Shown one piece after another: positions 6,119 to 15,007 of a DNA stretch of 64,000 bases; position 1 is the stretch's first letter, and the number at the start of each line of letters is the position of its first letter. The DNA lies in the IMG/VR virus record IMGVR_UViG_3300048687_000087, positions 13,413-77,412 of that record, one strand, 5' to 3'. Below the pieces are notes generated by a model. It saw only the letters and a program-made list of their open reading frames with translations. It did no database searches and was not told the origin of the DNA. The position numbers and the translations under genes are program-made. The DNA comes from a virus.

Positions 6119-6859
6119 ATGCCATGCGTAGCCCACGACGAAGACCGACCCTGCGGCCGAGAGACCACCATGACCAGGCCCGTAGCGCTGTGTCACATCC
6201 ATCGTGTTCAGGTCGCACTCGCTGTCATGCCCGAGCTGCTGAGCGAACACCTGGCAAGCGCCGCAACGCCACTCGCAATACCGAGCCTCTTACAGGGGCC
6301 CCATGACCCCATCGTCTACTTCCTCGGCCACCGCGACCGCATCAAGATCGGGTTCACGACCAATCTCAAGAAGCGCGTCAACGCCCTCGCGCTGCGCCCC
6401 GGCAGCATCCTGCTGGCCCTGGACGGCAGCGCCGATCTCGAGCAGGCCCTGCACGCCCGCTTCGCTCCTGCGCAGGTCGGTGACACCGAGTGGTTCGACA
6501 GCACCCCAGAGATCCGGCACTACATCGACAACCGCAGCACGTGGGCGCATGGACTGGCGCGGCGAGGGCCGCTGGACAACCAGAGAAGGCCAACGCTCGA
6601 ACGGGCCTCGACCAATGCAGAGCGTGCAGTCCTGCTTGCCGATCTGGCAGAAGTTCTAGGAAGCGAGCCTCGTATGCGCACGAGGGAAGCACTGCAGCGT
6701 CTCGTCGAGAACGCGCCGGCCACGTATCGCAGCTGGACGTTCCGGGACCTCACCCAGGTACTTCGGGCCGCCAACTCGCCGCCTCGCACCTACCAGGGCT
6801 TTCCGGTCGTCGACCGGCAGTCCGTCCACACGGCTCTAGCCGCACAGCAGTCTCAGTAG
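6119..6859 (+). CDS. GIY-YIG/T5orf172-like protein fused to a copy of the TraB C-terminal domain
   Basis: VYFL..RIKIGFTTNLKKR..LEQALHARF..TEWF motif; C-terminus aligns with the TraB C-terminus; TTA codon at 6290. Confidence 0.75.
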   Translation: MPCVAHDEDRPCGRETTMTRPVALCHIHRVQVALAVMPELLSEHLASAATPLAIPSLLQGPHDPIVYFLGHRDRIKIGFTTNLKKRVNALALRPGSILLALDGSADLEQALHARFAPAQVGDTEWFDSTPEIRHYIDNRSTWAHGLARRGPLDNQRRPTLERASTNAERAVLLADLAEVLGSEPRMRTREALQRLVENAPATYRSWTFRDLTQVLRAANSPPRTYQGFPVVDRQSVHTALAAQQSQ

Positions 6860-6889
6860 CTACTTCACCCACCCAACCGAAGGAGTTCC

Positions 6890-7057
6890 GTGGCCAAGCC
6901 CAAGCCGTTGTACACGACCGGAGAGATCGCGCAGAACACGTTCATCGTCGGCACCGCCATGTTGCGCGGCGGGCGCCTCACCGACCGACAGAAGCGCCGT
7001 CTGGAACGAATCCGCGACAACGCCATGGACCGCGGCGGCGTCACCGACAAGCACTGA
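6890..7057 (+). CDS. Small hypothetical protein (55 aa, not in ORF track)
   Basis: GAAGGAG RBS, GTG start, open to TGA 7057. Confidence 0.6.
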   Translation: MAKPKPLYTTGEIAQNTFIVGTAMLRGGRLTDRQKRRLERIRDNAMDRGGVTDKH

Positions 7058-7080
7058 CCAACCCAACCCGAGGAGAACCC

Positions 7081-7293
7081 ATGTCCCACATGACCACCGC
7101 CCCGCCCGCCGTACCGGAGACCAGCCTGTCGATCGACACGTTCGAGACCGTCGGCACCCTCGACAACCTGCACCCCGCGAAGTGGACGTCGGTCGTCTAC
7201 GACCACGACGGCCAAATAGTCGCCAGCTCCGGCCTGAAGGACAGCGACCAGGAGTCCATCGACGCCGTCAACGCCCTGCTCGCCACGGTCTGA
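7081..7293 (+). CDS. Hypothetical protein
   Basis: GAGGAG RBS, ATG 7081. Confidence 0.65.
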   Translation: MSHMTTAPPAVPETSLSIDTFETVGTLDNLHPAKWTSVVYDHDGQIVASSGLKDSDQESIDAVNALLATV

Positions 7294-7314
7294 GACCGAG
7301 AGGAGACCAGCCCC

Positions 7315-7839
7315 GTGAACGCGCTGCCCGAGCCGCGCCCGACCACAGTGGCCGGGCAGCCTGGCCCCACCCTGTCCGACTCCATCCTCGAAGCCGCGGT
7401 CGACAAGGCCATCGAGACGGCCCGCGAGGAGGGCACCAGCCCGCAGGTGTTGATCGGGAACACGCCGCACGTCTCACAACCCGACAGCCGCATCGTGCCC
7501 ACCTGGGCGACGGGCATCGCGGTCGCCTCCCTCGGAGTTGGCGCCGGAGCGACGGGTCTCGGCTGTGCTGCCTGGCTGCTGTTCCAGGGGCTGTCGATGG
7601 TCAGCGTTCCGAGCCTGGAGCGGTTCGCATGGATCGTCATCGCCCCGTTCGCCGGACTCGCCATGGTCCTCACCGCCGGCGCCGCAGCCATCTCCAAGGC
7701 CAGGAAGGCGACCCCGCGCGAGATCCATAACCACAACAGCGGACCGGTCTTCGAGGACAACCGGCAGGACCACAGCACGACATCCACCCACAACAAGTGG
7801 TGGGGCAGGAGCTCCACCGAAACGGAGGGAAAGCCATGA
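7315..7839 (+). CDS. Two-TM membrane protein, Spd-like
   Basis: Two hydrophobic segments followed by EIHNHNSGPV; lies in the transfer cluster. Confidence 0.6.
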   Translation: MNALPEPRPTTVAGQPGPTLSDSILEAAVDKAIETAREEGTSPQVLIGNTPHVSQPDSRIVPTWATGIAVASLGVGAGATGLGCAAWLLFQGLSMVSVPSLERFAWIVIAPFAGLAMVLTAGAAAISKARKATPREIHNHNSGPVFEDNRQDHSTTSTHNKWWGRSSTETEGKP

Positions 7840-8159
7840 CCGACACCCCCACCACCCCGACCGTCGAGCAGTTGAGCGAGTCCGCGATCGCGCTCGGCGT
7901 CGAGGCGTACAAGGCCCACCGGGCGGCAGAACACACCGCGCCCGTCGTCAAGATGGCGTCCGCCGCCATTGCCAAAGCCGGGCAGGCCGGTGCTTCTGTC
8001 GGTTGGATCGCCGACCAGATCGACCTTCGGTATGCCGCATACCTGCTCAACATCCACACCCAGCCCGGATTTGAGGAGACCGTGGCGCTTGACGGAGACC
8101 TCGAGCACCCGGAGAACGCGGCCGGCGAGGTAGTCGACCTGACCGGGAAGGCGGCATGA
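7836..8159 (+). CDS. Hypothetical protein
   Basis: ATGA coupling, GGAGG RBS. Confidence 0.65.
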   Translation: MTDTPTTPTVEQLSESAIALGVEAYKAHRAAEHTAPVVKMASAAIAKAGQAGASVGWIADQIDLRYAAYLLNIHTQPGFEETVALDGDLEHPENAAGEVVDLTGKAA

Positions 8160-8353
8160 GCGGGCCCCTCGCACCGAAGCGACTCGCCACGCTTGCCGCG
8201 GGTACGACGGCCGCGCTCGCCGCGGTCGCCGGCGCCAGTCATGCGGCGGGTGCACCCGAGACGCTCGTCGCCGCCACGGTCGGTGTCCTCGGCTTCGGCG
8301 GGGTATCCGTCGCCGCCGCCATACGCGGACAGAAGCAGGAGGCGGTCCGGTGA
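8156..8353 (+). CDS. Small membrane protein
   Basis: ATGA coupling; hydrophobic. Confidence 0.6.
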   Translation: MSGPLAPKRLATLAAGTTAALAAVAGASHAAGAPETLVAATVGVLGFGGVSVAAAIRGQKQEAVR

Positions 8354-8787
8354 CGATGCAGACGCCCATGAGTATCGGGGACGCGTTCAACGGCTTCGAT
8401 TTCCGCACCAACGAGGGGCCCGAAGGGACCGACTACTTCTTCGCCGGACACCTCACGGCCGTACAGATCGCAGAAACGTACTACGCGATCTACCCCGAGC
8501 ACCGGACCCGATTCCCGTACACCGTTGACCCGGGCAGCGTCCGCCACACGTGGACGCGGTTCACTGAGCACGCCGACGACTGCTATCTCGTGACGGGCGA
8601 CGAGGAGCCGGGCCCGCTCAACTTCGAGGAGTTCTACATCTGTTGCACCTGCCACTCCGCAGGTAACTCGGAGGTGGGCACCGGCTACGAATACCGGCAC
8701 GCCCACCCCGCCACAGAAGGCCAGTCCGGGGCGATACCCGTTACGTGGGTGTCCATCCCCATGGCCCGCGAGGAGCTCGCTGCCTGA
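8350..8787 (+). CDS. Hypothetical protein
   Basis: GTGA coupling; 145 aa. Confidence 0.65.
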   Translation: MTMQTPMSIGDAFNGFDFRTNEGPEGTDYFFAGHLTAVQIAETYYAIYPEHRTRFPYTVDPGSVRHTWTRFTEHADDCYLVTGDEEPGPLNFEEFYICCTCHSAGNSEVGTGYEYRHAHPATEGQSGAIPVTWVSIPMAREELAA

Positions 8788-8801
8788 CCCGCAACATCAG
8801 C

Positions 8802-8830
8802 GCGCCCCGGCAGGTCTAGTGCCGGGGCGC
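8802..8830 (+). terminator. Hairpin terminator ending the accessory/transfer operon
   Basis: GCGCCCCGGCA / TGCCGGGGCGC 11-bp stem just after a stop codon. Confidence 0.6.
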
Positions 8831-8887
8831 TGCTGTGACCGTACATGGAGCCGACTGTTCCTCTCGCAGCGCGGGCAGACCAGTCGC

Positions 8888-9295
8888 ATGTCGACGCCCG
8901 GGAACGACGAGCAACGGCGGGCCGAAGACGCCCGCTTGTGGGAGCACTGGCTGCACGAAGAGGAAATGATCTTCCAGCGCGGCAACCTGTTCCTCATCGC
9001 TCAATCGCTCCTCGCCGTCGCGTACAGCACGATCGCGACAGGCATCGGGGAGCATGGGCAAGCGCGCGTCATGGCCGCGTTCGGGATCGCGCTGACCCTG
9101 GGCTGGCTGTTCGTGGGCGACCGGCACCTCAAGTTTCACCAGGCGATCTATCGGCGCACTTTGGGGAGATTCCCTGATGTTGCAGCTACTGAGGCCGCTT
9201 GTCGCAGGCCGGGCCCCACTACGCTGCCGTTCATCATTTATGGCCTGCCGTCCATGGCCGCGGTCATGTGGATTGTTCTGCTGATCATCACCTAG
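8888..9295 (+). CDS. Three-TM membrane protein (moron, possible phage-defence effector)
   Basis: EEEMIFQRGNLFLIAQSLL followed by TM helices; stand-alone gene between hairpins. Confidence 0.55.
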   Translation: MSTPGNDEQRRAEDARLWEHWLHEEEMIFQRGNLFLIAQSLLAVAYSTIATGIGEHGQARVMAAFGIALTLGWLFVGDRHLKFHQAIYRRTLGRFPDVAATEAACRRPGPTTLPFIIYGLPSMAAVMWIVLLIIT

Positions 9296-9307
9296 GCCGA
9301 CACGACA

Positions 9308-9338
9308 GGGCCCCGGCCGCTATCGGCGGTCGGGGCCT
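9308..9338. terminator. Probable bidirectional terminator
   Basis: GGCCCCGGCCGC / GCGGTCGGGGCC stem between convergent genes. Confidence 0.6.
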
Positions 9339-9341
9339 TCG

Positions 9342-9848
9342 TTAAGGCGTCTTCTTCAGGAGCTCGTCGAGTTCCGTCCGGCAGGCGTCTGAGTAGGCCT
9401 GTCGGCGAGACTCGAACGCGGGGCTGTAGTAACGCTCGTGGAACATGCTGCGGTCGCCGCCGTGTCTGAAGCTTATGAGGCCCTCGTCCAGCTCGCGTGC
9501 GTACTCATAGAGCGCCGTCGCGGCGGAGGCCACGGGTGCGGGCCCGTGGAGTTCGATGAGGGTGAACGATGTGACGAGCGGAGTCCATTCATCAAACAGG
9601 CTGAGCCACCGCTCCTCGTCATCGGGTGATCCATGGGAGTACGCCATGCAGGCATTGCGGTAGGCGGCAACATGGACGATGAAGTTCTCGTACACGGTGC
9701 GCCGTTTGTCGATCTCCGCTTTGCGGAGAGCGGCCTTCTCGCCTTCTTGTGCCTGCCTGAGGGCGTACCGGCTCGAGATTGCCTGACCTACGACGGCGGC
9801 GCCCCCACCGATGAGAGCGCCGATCACCCCTGCTATCGCACTATCCAT
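9342..9848 (-). CDS. N-terminally anchored hypothetical protein
   Basis: MDSAIAGVIGALIGGGAAVVG TM segment, then helical domain. Confidence 0.65.
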   Translation of the reverse strand: MDSAIAGVIGALIGGGAAVVGQAISSRYALRQAQEGEKAALRKAEIDKRRTVYENFIVHVAAYRNACMAYSHGSPDDEERWLSLFDEWTPLVTSFTLIELHGPAPVASAATALYEYARELDEGLISFRHGGDRSMFHERYYSPAFESRRQAYSDACRTELDELLKKTP

Positions 9849-9881
9849 GCGTGCGAGTCTCATGGTCGTGGAGATCAACTG

Positions 9882-10070
9882 TCAGGCGGTCGGCGCCGTT
9901 TGCTCTTGATCGTTACCCGCCGCCGGTACAGCACGCGCCACCCAGCCGCGGCCTGCCGCATCCGTCGGCGTGGTGGCGGGCTGTAACCCCATCCGCTCGC
10001 ATAGCAGCCGCAGTTGCTCCAGGCAGGCTGCACGGGATCCGGCGCGCACCATGAACACGACGTCGTCCAT
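9882..10070 (-). CDS. Small hypothetical protein
   Basis: 62-aa ORF in the minus-strand run. Confidence 0.5.
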   Translation of the reverse strand: MDDVVFMVRAGSRAACLEQLRLLCERMGLQPATTPTDAAGRGWVARAVPAAGNDQEQTAPTA

Positions 10071-10156
10071 GACTGGAGTGTGCCCGGGACGGTGGGGGAG
10101 TAGGGCCGAAACCCGGGAACCTTCGACTCAACGCTGCCTCAGGCCAAGGTCGACTC

Positions 10157-10885
10157 TCATGGCGACTGTGCCCACGTGCCGCAGTCACGTGAGGTGAACA
10201 GTTCTCCGGCGTTCACGGTTACCGTGATGCTCTTCGCAGCGGTTGCGAAGTGGTTGGCAAGGATGTCGCCGCCCTTTGTCGTCCGCTCCCAATAGCAGTC
10301 CGCGAGATCGCCCGTGGCACGGTACGTGCCTGGTGGTGCCGTTTCTGCGCTAAGCCCACCACCCTGCTTGATGGTGTACGTGCCCGACGACATGGTCCGA
10401 ACCGACACTGATCCGCCGAGGGCCTCGGCAATCTCCGTTGCGTGCTGCGGACACAGGGGCTTCGCGCCCTCCTTGAGGACCCGCTTCATCCCGGCGGTCA
10501 TCTCCGGCACCTGGTTCTTCGCGAGGGTCTCTGCCGCACCCGGCTCCCAAGAGTCCATCGACTCGCACATCATCAGCACGTACTCAGACGCCTGCGTATA
10601 TCCCTCGGCCTCCCAGCCTTTGGCGTCCGCGGTTGTATCGAATGCCAACGATGCCTTCGTATCCGGGTACTCGTCGGACGGTTCTTCTTCTGACTCGTCG
10701 ACGACGGCGTCGCCGCTATCGTCGCCGTAGCCCAAGTCCTTGTTGAGCTGGTCGATCGACTCGTCAGACGCTGTGGCCTTCTCGCGTGGAGTGTCATCTC
10801 CCCCGCAGCCCGCCGCACCGACCCCGAATACCGCCACTGCCATTACGGCAGCCCCCACCCTGCGCATGTTCCTCATGCCCCGCAT
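10157..10885 (-). CDS. Lipoprotein (possible superinfection-exclusion role)
   Basis: Signal peptide with lipobox AAGC; C-terminal PGTYR..DCYWER..SRDCGTW domain; exact start uncertain. Confidence 0.7.
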   Translation of the reverse strand: MRGMRNMRRVGAAVMAVAVFGVGAAGCGGDDTPREKATASDESIDQLNKDLGYGDDSGDAVVDESEEEPSDEYPDTKASLAFDTTADAKGWEAEGYTQASEYVLMMCESMDSWEPGAAETLAKNQVPEMTAGMKRVLKEGAKPLCPQHATEIAEALGGSVSVRTMSSGTYTIKQGGGLSAETAPPGTYRATGDLADCYWERTTKGGDILANHFATAAKSITVTVNAGELFTSRDCGTWAQSP

Positions 10886-10960
10886 AGTCCGCCGTCGATG
10901 CTGCAGGGAGAAGCGGTCTCCAGGATTCGCTGAACAGTCGTTACATTGCGGCGAGATGCC

Positions 10961-11134
10961 CTATCGCCCGCGGGTGCCATTGCGGGCCATGCGGGAGCGG
11001 GCGGCGTGGGTGCGGCCGGCGTTGCTGATGCGGGCGGCCTTCGTCTTGGAGGCCCCTTGTCGGCGGAGCGCGCGGTAGACGTTCCAGCGGCTGCGGTAGA
11101 CGAAGCCATGGCGTCCGCCTCGATCGCTGACCAT
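10961..11134 (-). CDS. Small highly basic protein
   Basis: GGAGG RBS; VYRALRRQGASKTKAARISN. Confidence 0.55.
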   Translation of the reverse strand: MVSDRGGRHGFVYRSRWNVYRALRRQGASKTKAARISNAGRTHAARSRMARNGTRGR

Positions 11135-11225
11135 GCGCACCTCCGGCCTCAGCTTCACCTTCAATAATGCGCCCGAGTGGGGTGTTGGTCAGGCCATAGG
11201 GGTGAAGTTTGTGGTGGTGACCTAC

Positions 11226-11240
11226 GATTCAAAGGTGAAG
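11226..11240 (+). promoter_or_regulatory. Late-gene motif GATTCAAAGGTGAAG, copy 1
   Basis: Identical 15-mer at 13419; variants at 11153 (inverted) and 34634. Confidence 0.55.
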
Positions 11241-11268
11241 GGTGTTCATTCTGGAGTCGAGGAGACCC

Positions 11269-11871
11269 ATGGCCGGCCCGTTTCCATACCGGAAGAAGAA
11301 CACGCCCGACCGCGTCCATGCTGCCGAGGTCGTCTTCGAACTCAAGGCGCGCGGCCTGACGTTCGCCGCCATCGACGATCTCACCTCCGATCCCGACGGC
11401 CCCACCGGCGGGCATCGCATTGCCGCCAGCACTGCCCGCGATCTCGTTCGTGAAGAAGCCGCGCGCCGCCTCGACCCGAAGATCGACACGTGGCGGGCCG
11501 TCGTCCTCGAACGCATCGAGAACGCCCTCCCGCGCCTCGACCGCCTTGAGCAAGTCGCCCTCGGCGTCCTGGAGAAGCACCACATCACCGTCAACAACGG
11601 GCGGATCATCAAGCTCGACGACGGCGAACCCCTCGCCGACTACGGGCCCGTCCTCGCCGCCATCGACCGCCTCGTCAAAATCGAAGGCGAACGCACGAAG
11701 AACCACGACGCCCTCCGCAAACTCTTCGGCCTCGACATGCCCGTCCGAGTCGACGCCACCATCACCGAAACCACCCAACAGGACATTGAACTGCAGGAAC
11801 TCATACGGGAAGCCAAGGTGAGGGTGGCGGGCGAAGAGCAGCAGATCACCGAAGGCGTCGACGAGGCCTGA
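11269..11871 (+). CDS. Terminase small subunit-like HTH protein
   Basis: Directly upstream of TerL; ELKARGLTFAAI HTH and RKLFGLDMP motif. Confidence 0.7.
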   Translation: MAGPFPYRKKNTPDRVHAAEVVFELKARGLTFAAIDDLTSDPDGPTGGHRIAASTARDLVREEAARRLDPKIDTWRAVVLERIENALPRLDRLEQVALGVLEKHHITVNNGRIIKLDDGEPLADYGPVLAAIDRLVKIEGERTKNHDALRKLFGLDMPVRVDATITETTQQDIELQELIREAKVRVAGEEQQITEGVDEA

Positions 11872-11872
11872 C

Positions 11873-13420
11873 ATGGTGACCGCGGTCCGCCCGCGCGGCT
11901 ATCTCGACGGCCTGGATGCCGAGTCGTTCGACCTTGACGTCTACCTCGCCCGGTTCGATGCCCGCCTTCTCGCCGACGAGGAGGGCCGGCGCACGCTCAC
12001 GCGCCTGGACCCGCTGCTGTTTGCGCTCGTCTACGCCCGGCATCATCTCCGAGATCCCGGGGGTCGGTTGACGTTCGGTGACGCGCACCTGGACTGGTGC
12101 CGTGCGGCCCGCGCCTGGGTGCGGCCAGCGATCACGCCAGCCGAGCAGCGTGACGCCTACGTCGCTCCTCGCAACATGGGCAAGAGCACTTGGTGGTTCC
12201 TGCTACTGCCGCTGTGGGCTGCCGCCCACGGGCATGCCCGGTTCGCTGCGGCGTTCGCATCGTCCGCGACTCAGGCGGAGACGCATCTGGGCACGTTCAA
12301 GCGGGAGATCGACTCGAATGAACTGCTGCGCCGCGACTTTCTCGACCTGTGCAGTCCCGCGAAGCGGCCGTCGGGTGGGAACGTCGCGGACACGCAGAAC
12401 ATGTACATCGCGAAGAACGGGTTCGTGTTCGCGGCCCGCGGTATCGACTCGTCGAACCTCGGCATGAAGGTTGGTGAAGCCCGACCCGACCTCATCCTGT
12501 GCGATGACATTGAGCCCGATGAGTCGAGCTACAGCCTTGACCTGGCCCGCAAGCGGCGCACCACGCTCATCGACTCGATCCTGCCGCTCAATGTGTACGC
12601 GAGGGTGGTCATCTCCGGCACGGTCACCATGCCGGGCAGCATCATCCACCAACTGGTCAAGCACGGTCGGGGCGTCGAGACCGCGGACTGGATTGGCGAG
12701 GAGGGTTTCCGTGCGCATTGCACCGCGCCGATCGTGCAGCGTGCCGACGGAACGGAGCGCAGCGTGTGGCCGGCGAAGTGGCCGCTCGCCTACCTCAAGT
12801 CGATTGAGCACACCCGCTCGTTCGCGAAGAACTACGCCAACGACCCGATGGGTGCGGACGGTGAGCTGTGGGCGCCGGAAGACTTCCGCTATCCCGGCGA
12901 CGAGGGTGTGGATCCGGTGACGCACATGATGCTGTCGATCGACCCGGCGGTCACCGCGAAGAAGGGCTCGGACTATACGGGGATGGCGGTCGTGTCGTGG
13001 TCGGCGCGGCATCGCCGGTGCACGGTGCATGCGGCGATCGGCTTGAAGATTCAGCCGGGCCCGCTGCTGCGGGAGCGAGTGCTGGCTCTGCTGGATGAGT
13101 ATCCGCAGATCGGTCTGATTCTGATCGAGGTCAACCAGGGTGGCGATACGTGGGAGGCGATCCTTCATGGCATGCCGGTGAAGGTGAAGACGGTTTCGCA
13201 GGCGGAGAACAAGTTCACGCGCGCCGAGGGGGTGTTGAACCACTATCAGCGCGGCCGAGTCATTCACGCCCGCCGCCTGGTGGAGGCTGAGCAGCAGATG
13301 TGCGCGTTTCCGAAGGCCCCGCACGACGACCTGGTCGACGCTGTGGGTTCGGCGATCCGCCGGTTCATCCCCAACAAGCCGCGCGAGATCTTCAAGGCGA
13401 GTAGCGCCAGTTACCTTTGA
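11873..13420 (+). CDS. terL: Terminase large subunit
   Basis: APRNMGKST Walker A, LILCDDIE Walker B, SIDPA and HDDLVDA nuclease motifs. Confidence 0.95.
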   Translation: MVTAVRPRGYLDGLDAESFDLDVYLARFDARLLADEEGRRTLTRLDPLLFALVYARHHLRDPGGRLTFGDAHLDWCRAARAWVRPAITPAEQRDAYVAPRNMGKSTWWFLLLPLWAAAHGHARFAAAFASSATQAETHLGTFKREIDSNELLRRDFLDLCSPAKRPSGGNVADTQNMYIAKNGFVFAARGIDSSNLGMKVGEARPDLILCDDIEPDESSYSLDLARKRRTTLIDSILPLNVYARVVISGTVTMPGSIIHQLVKHGRGVETADWIGEEGFRAHCTAPIVQRADGTERSVWPAKWPLAYLKSIEHTRSFAKNYANDPMGADGELWAPEDFRYPGDEGVDPVTHMMLSIDPAVTAKKGSDYTGMAVVSWSARHRRCTVHAAIGLKIQPGPLLRERVLALLDEYPQIGLILIEVNQGGDTWEAILHGMPVKVKTVSQAENKFTRAEGVLNHYQRGRVIHARRLVEAEQQMCAFPKAPHDDLVDAVGSAIRRFIPNKPREIFKASSASYL

Positions 13421-13433
13421 TTCAAAGGTGAAG
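13419..13433 (+). promoter_or_regulatory. Late-gene motif GATTCAAAGGTGAAG, copy 2
   Basis: Exact repeat located in the terL-portal gap. Confidence 0.55.
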
Positions 13434-13456
13434 CTATATGCTGGCCTTGATGAGAG

Positions 13457-15007
13457 GTGGCCGCTGTGTCGTTGAGTGAACTGATGTACGGGATCGGCGA
13501 GCTCGACGACGCGCGCCCCGGCTACCGCACCGCCCAGCAGTACTACGACGGCAACGTCCCCGAAGTATTCGCCTCCGCCCGCCTCCGCCGCGCCCTCGAA
13601 GACACGGGCGTCGACTTCCGGTTGAACTTCGCCAAAACCCCGGTCTCTGCCGTGCTCGACCGCCTCGAGATCGCAGCGATCACCGGCGCCGACGACGACC
13701 ACACCAAACTCATCGCCAAGGTGTGGGACGACAACGTGATGGACCTCGAGGCCCCCGACATCCACTGCCACGCCTGCACCCTCGGCGATGCCTACCTCAT
13801 CGTTCTCCCCGTCGAAGACGACAACGGGCAGGTCGTCGGGGTGGAAATGCACTACAACTCCCCGCAGACCGTCCGGGCAATCTACTCACAGGAGAACCCG
13901 CGCGAAGTCGACTACGTCATCAAGCAGTGGTGCGAGGAGCGGACCCTCGGCAAGGTCCAGCGGGCCGAGCTGTACTACGCAGACCGCACCGAGCGCTGGG
14001 CCACTAAGCCCGGTTCGGATGGGAAGCAGAAGGGGGACTGGGGGCATTGGCTCGCAGACCCCGACGAGGAGGGGGCAGTCCAAGACCCGGATTCGTGGAT
14101 CATCGAACACGAATGGGGTCGCCCGCCCGTCTTCCACTTCCGCACCGACCGACCCTACGGGCGACCGGTGCACATCGATGCCTACGGCCCGCAGAACGCC
14201 ATCAACAAGCTCAGCATCACGCACATGGGCACCGTCGACTACCAGGGCTTCCCGCAGCGCTACGCGCTCACCGACGCCGCCACCACCGACACTTCGGACC
14301 TCGAACCCGGAGACTTCGAAGACTTCCCGCCCGACGACGCCAGTAGTGGGCCCACCGACACAGGCGACGACAGCTCCCTGAAGGCCGGGCCCGGCGAAGT
14401 GTGGATGCTCCGCGGCTTCAAGTCCGTCGGCCAGCTCGACGCAGCGCAGCCGTCCGTCTTCCTCGACCCGATCTTGTTCGAAGTGCGGGCCATGGCGCAG
14501 ATCACCACCACCCCCCTGCACCTCTTCGACCCGCAAGGGGACGTGCCATCGGGAGAGTCGCTACGAGCGAAGGACGGCCCGTTCGTCAAGAAGATCCGCA
14601 ACCTGCAGCGTCACCTGGGCTCAACCTGGCGCGAGGCCTTCCAGTTCGCACTCGAACTCCTCGGTTTCCCGGCCGACATGGTCGATGTCCGCTGGGTGCC
14701 CGCCGCCACCGTGGAAGACAAGACAGGCTGGGAAACCGCCACAGAGAAGGTCCGCAACGGCGTCCCCCGCCGCCAAGTGCTCCTTGAAGCCGGCTACCGC
14801 GAAGAGCAGGTCGATAAGTGGCTGGCCGGCGTCGACGACGCCGAGCTCGCACGGCGCACCGACATCCTCGCCGCTGTTGCGGACAGTGCGCAGAAGTTGG
14901 GCGCCGCCACCACGCTCGGCGTCGTCAGCAGCGAGCAGGCGCAAGCCCTCCTCAACGGCGCGCTCTCCGATATTGAACTTCTCGCCGACGTTGAGGCCGT
15001 CACATGA
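13457..15007 (+). CDS. Portal protein (SPP1 Gp6-like)
   Basis: YYDG, NFAK, FPQR, PSGESLR motifs; position after terL. Confidence 0.9.
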   Translation: MAAVSLSELMYGIGELDDARPGYRTAQQYYDGNVPEVFASARLRRALEDTGVDFRLNFAKTPVSAVLDRLEIAAITGADDDHTKLIAKVWDDNVMDLEAPDIHCHACTLGDAYLIVLPVEDDNGQVVGVEMHYNSPQTVRAIYSQENPREVDYVIKQWCEERTLGKVQRAELYYADRTERWATKPGSDGKQKGDWGHWLADPDEEGAVQDPDSWIIEHEWGRPPVFHFRTDRPYGRPVHIDAYGPQNAINKLSITHMGTVDYQGFPQRYALTDAATTDTSDLEPGDFEDFPPDDASSGPTDTGDDSSLKAGPGEVWMLRGFKSVGQLDAAQPSVFLDPILFEVRAMAQITTTPLHLFDPQGDVPSGESLRAKDGPFVKKIRNLQRHLGSTWREAFQFALELLGFPADMVDVRWVPAATVEDKTGWETATEKVRNGVPRRQVLLEAGYREEQVDKWLAGVDDAELARRTDILAAVADSAQKLGAATTLGVVSSEQAQALLNGALSDIELLADVEAVT

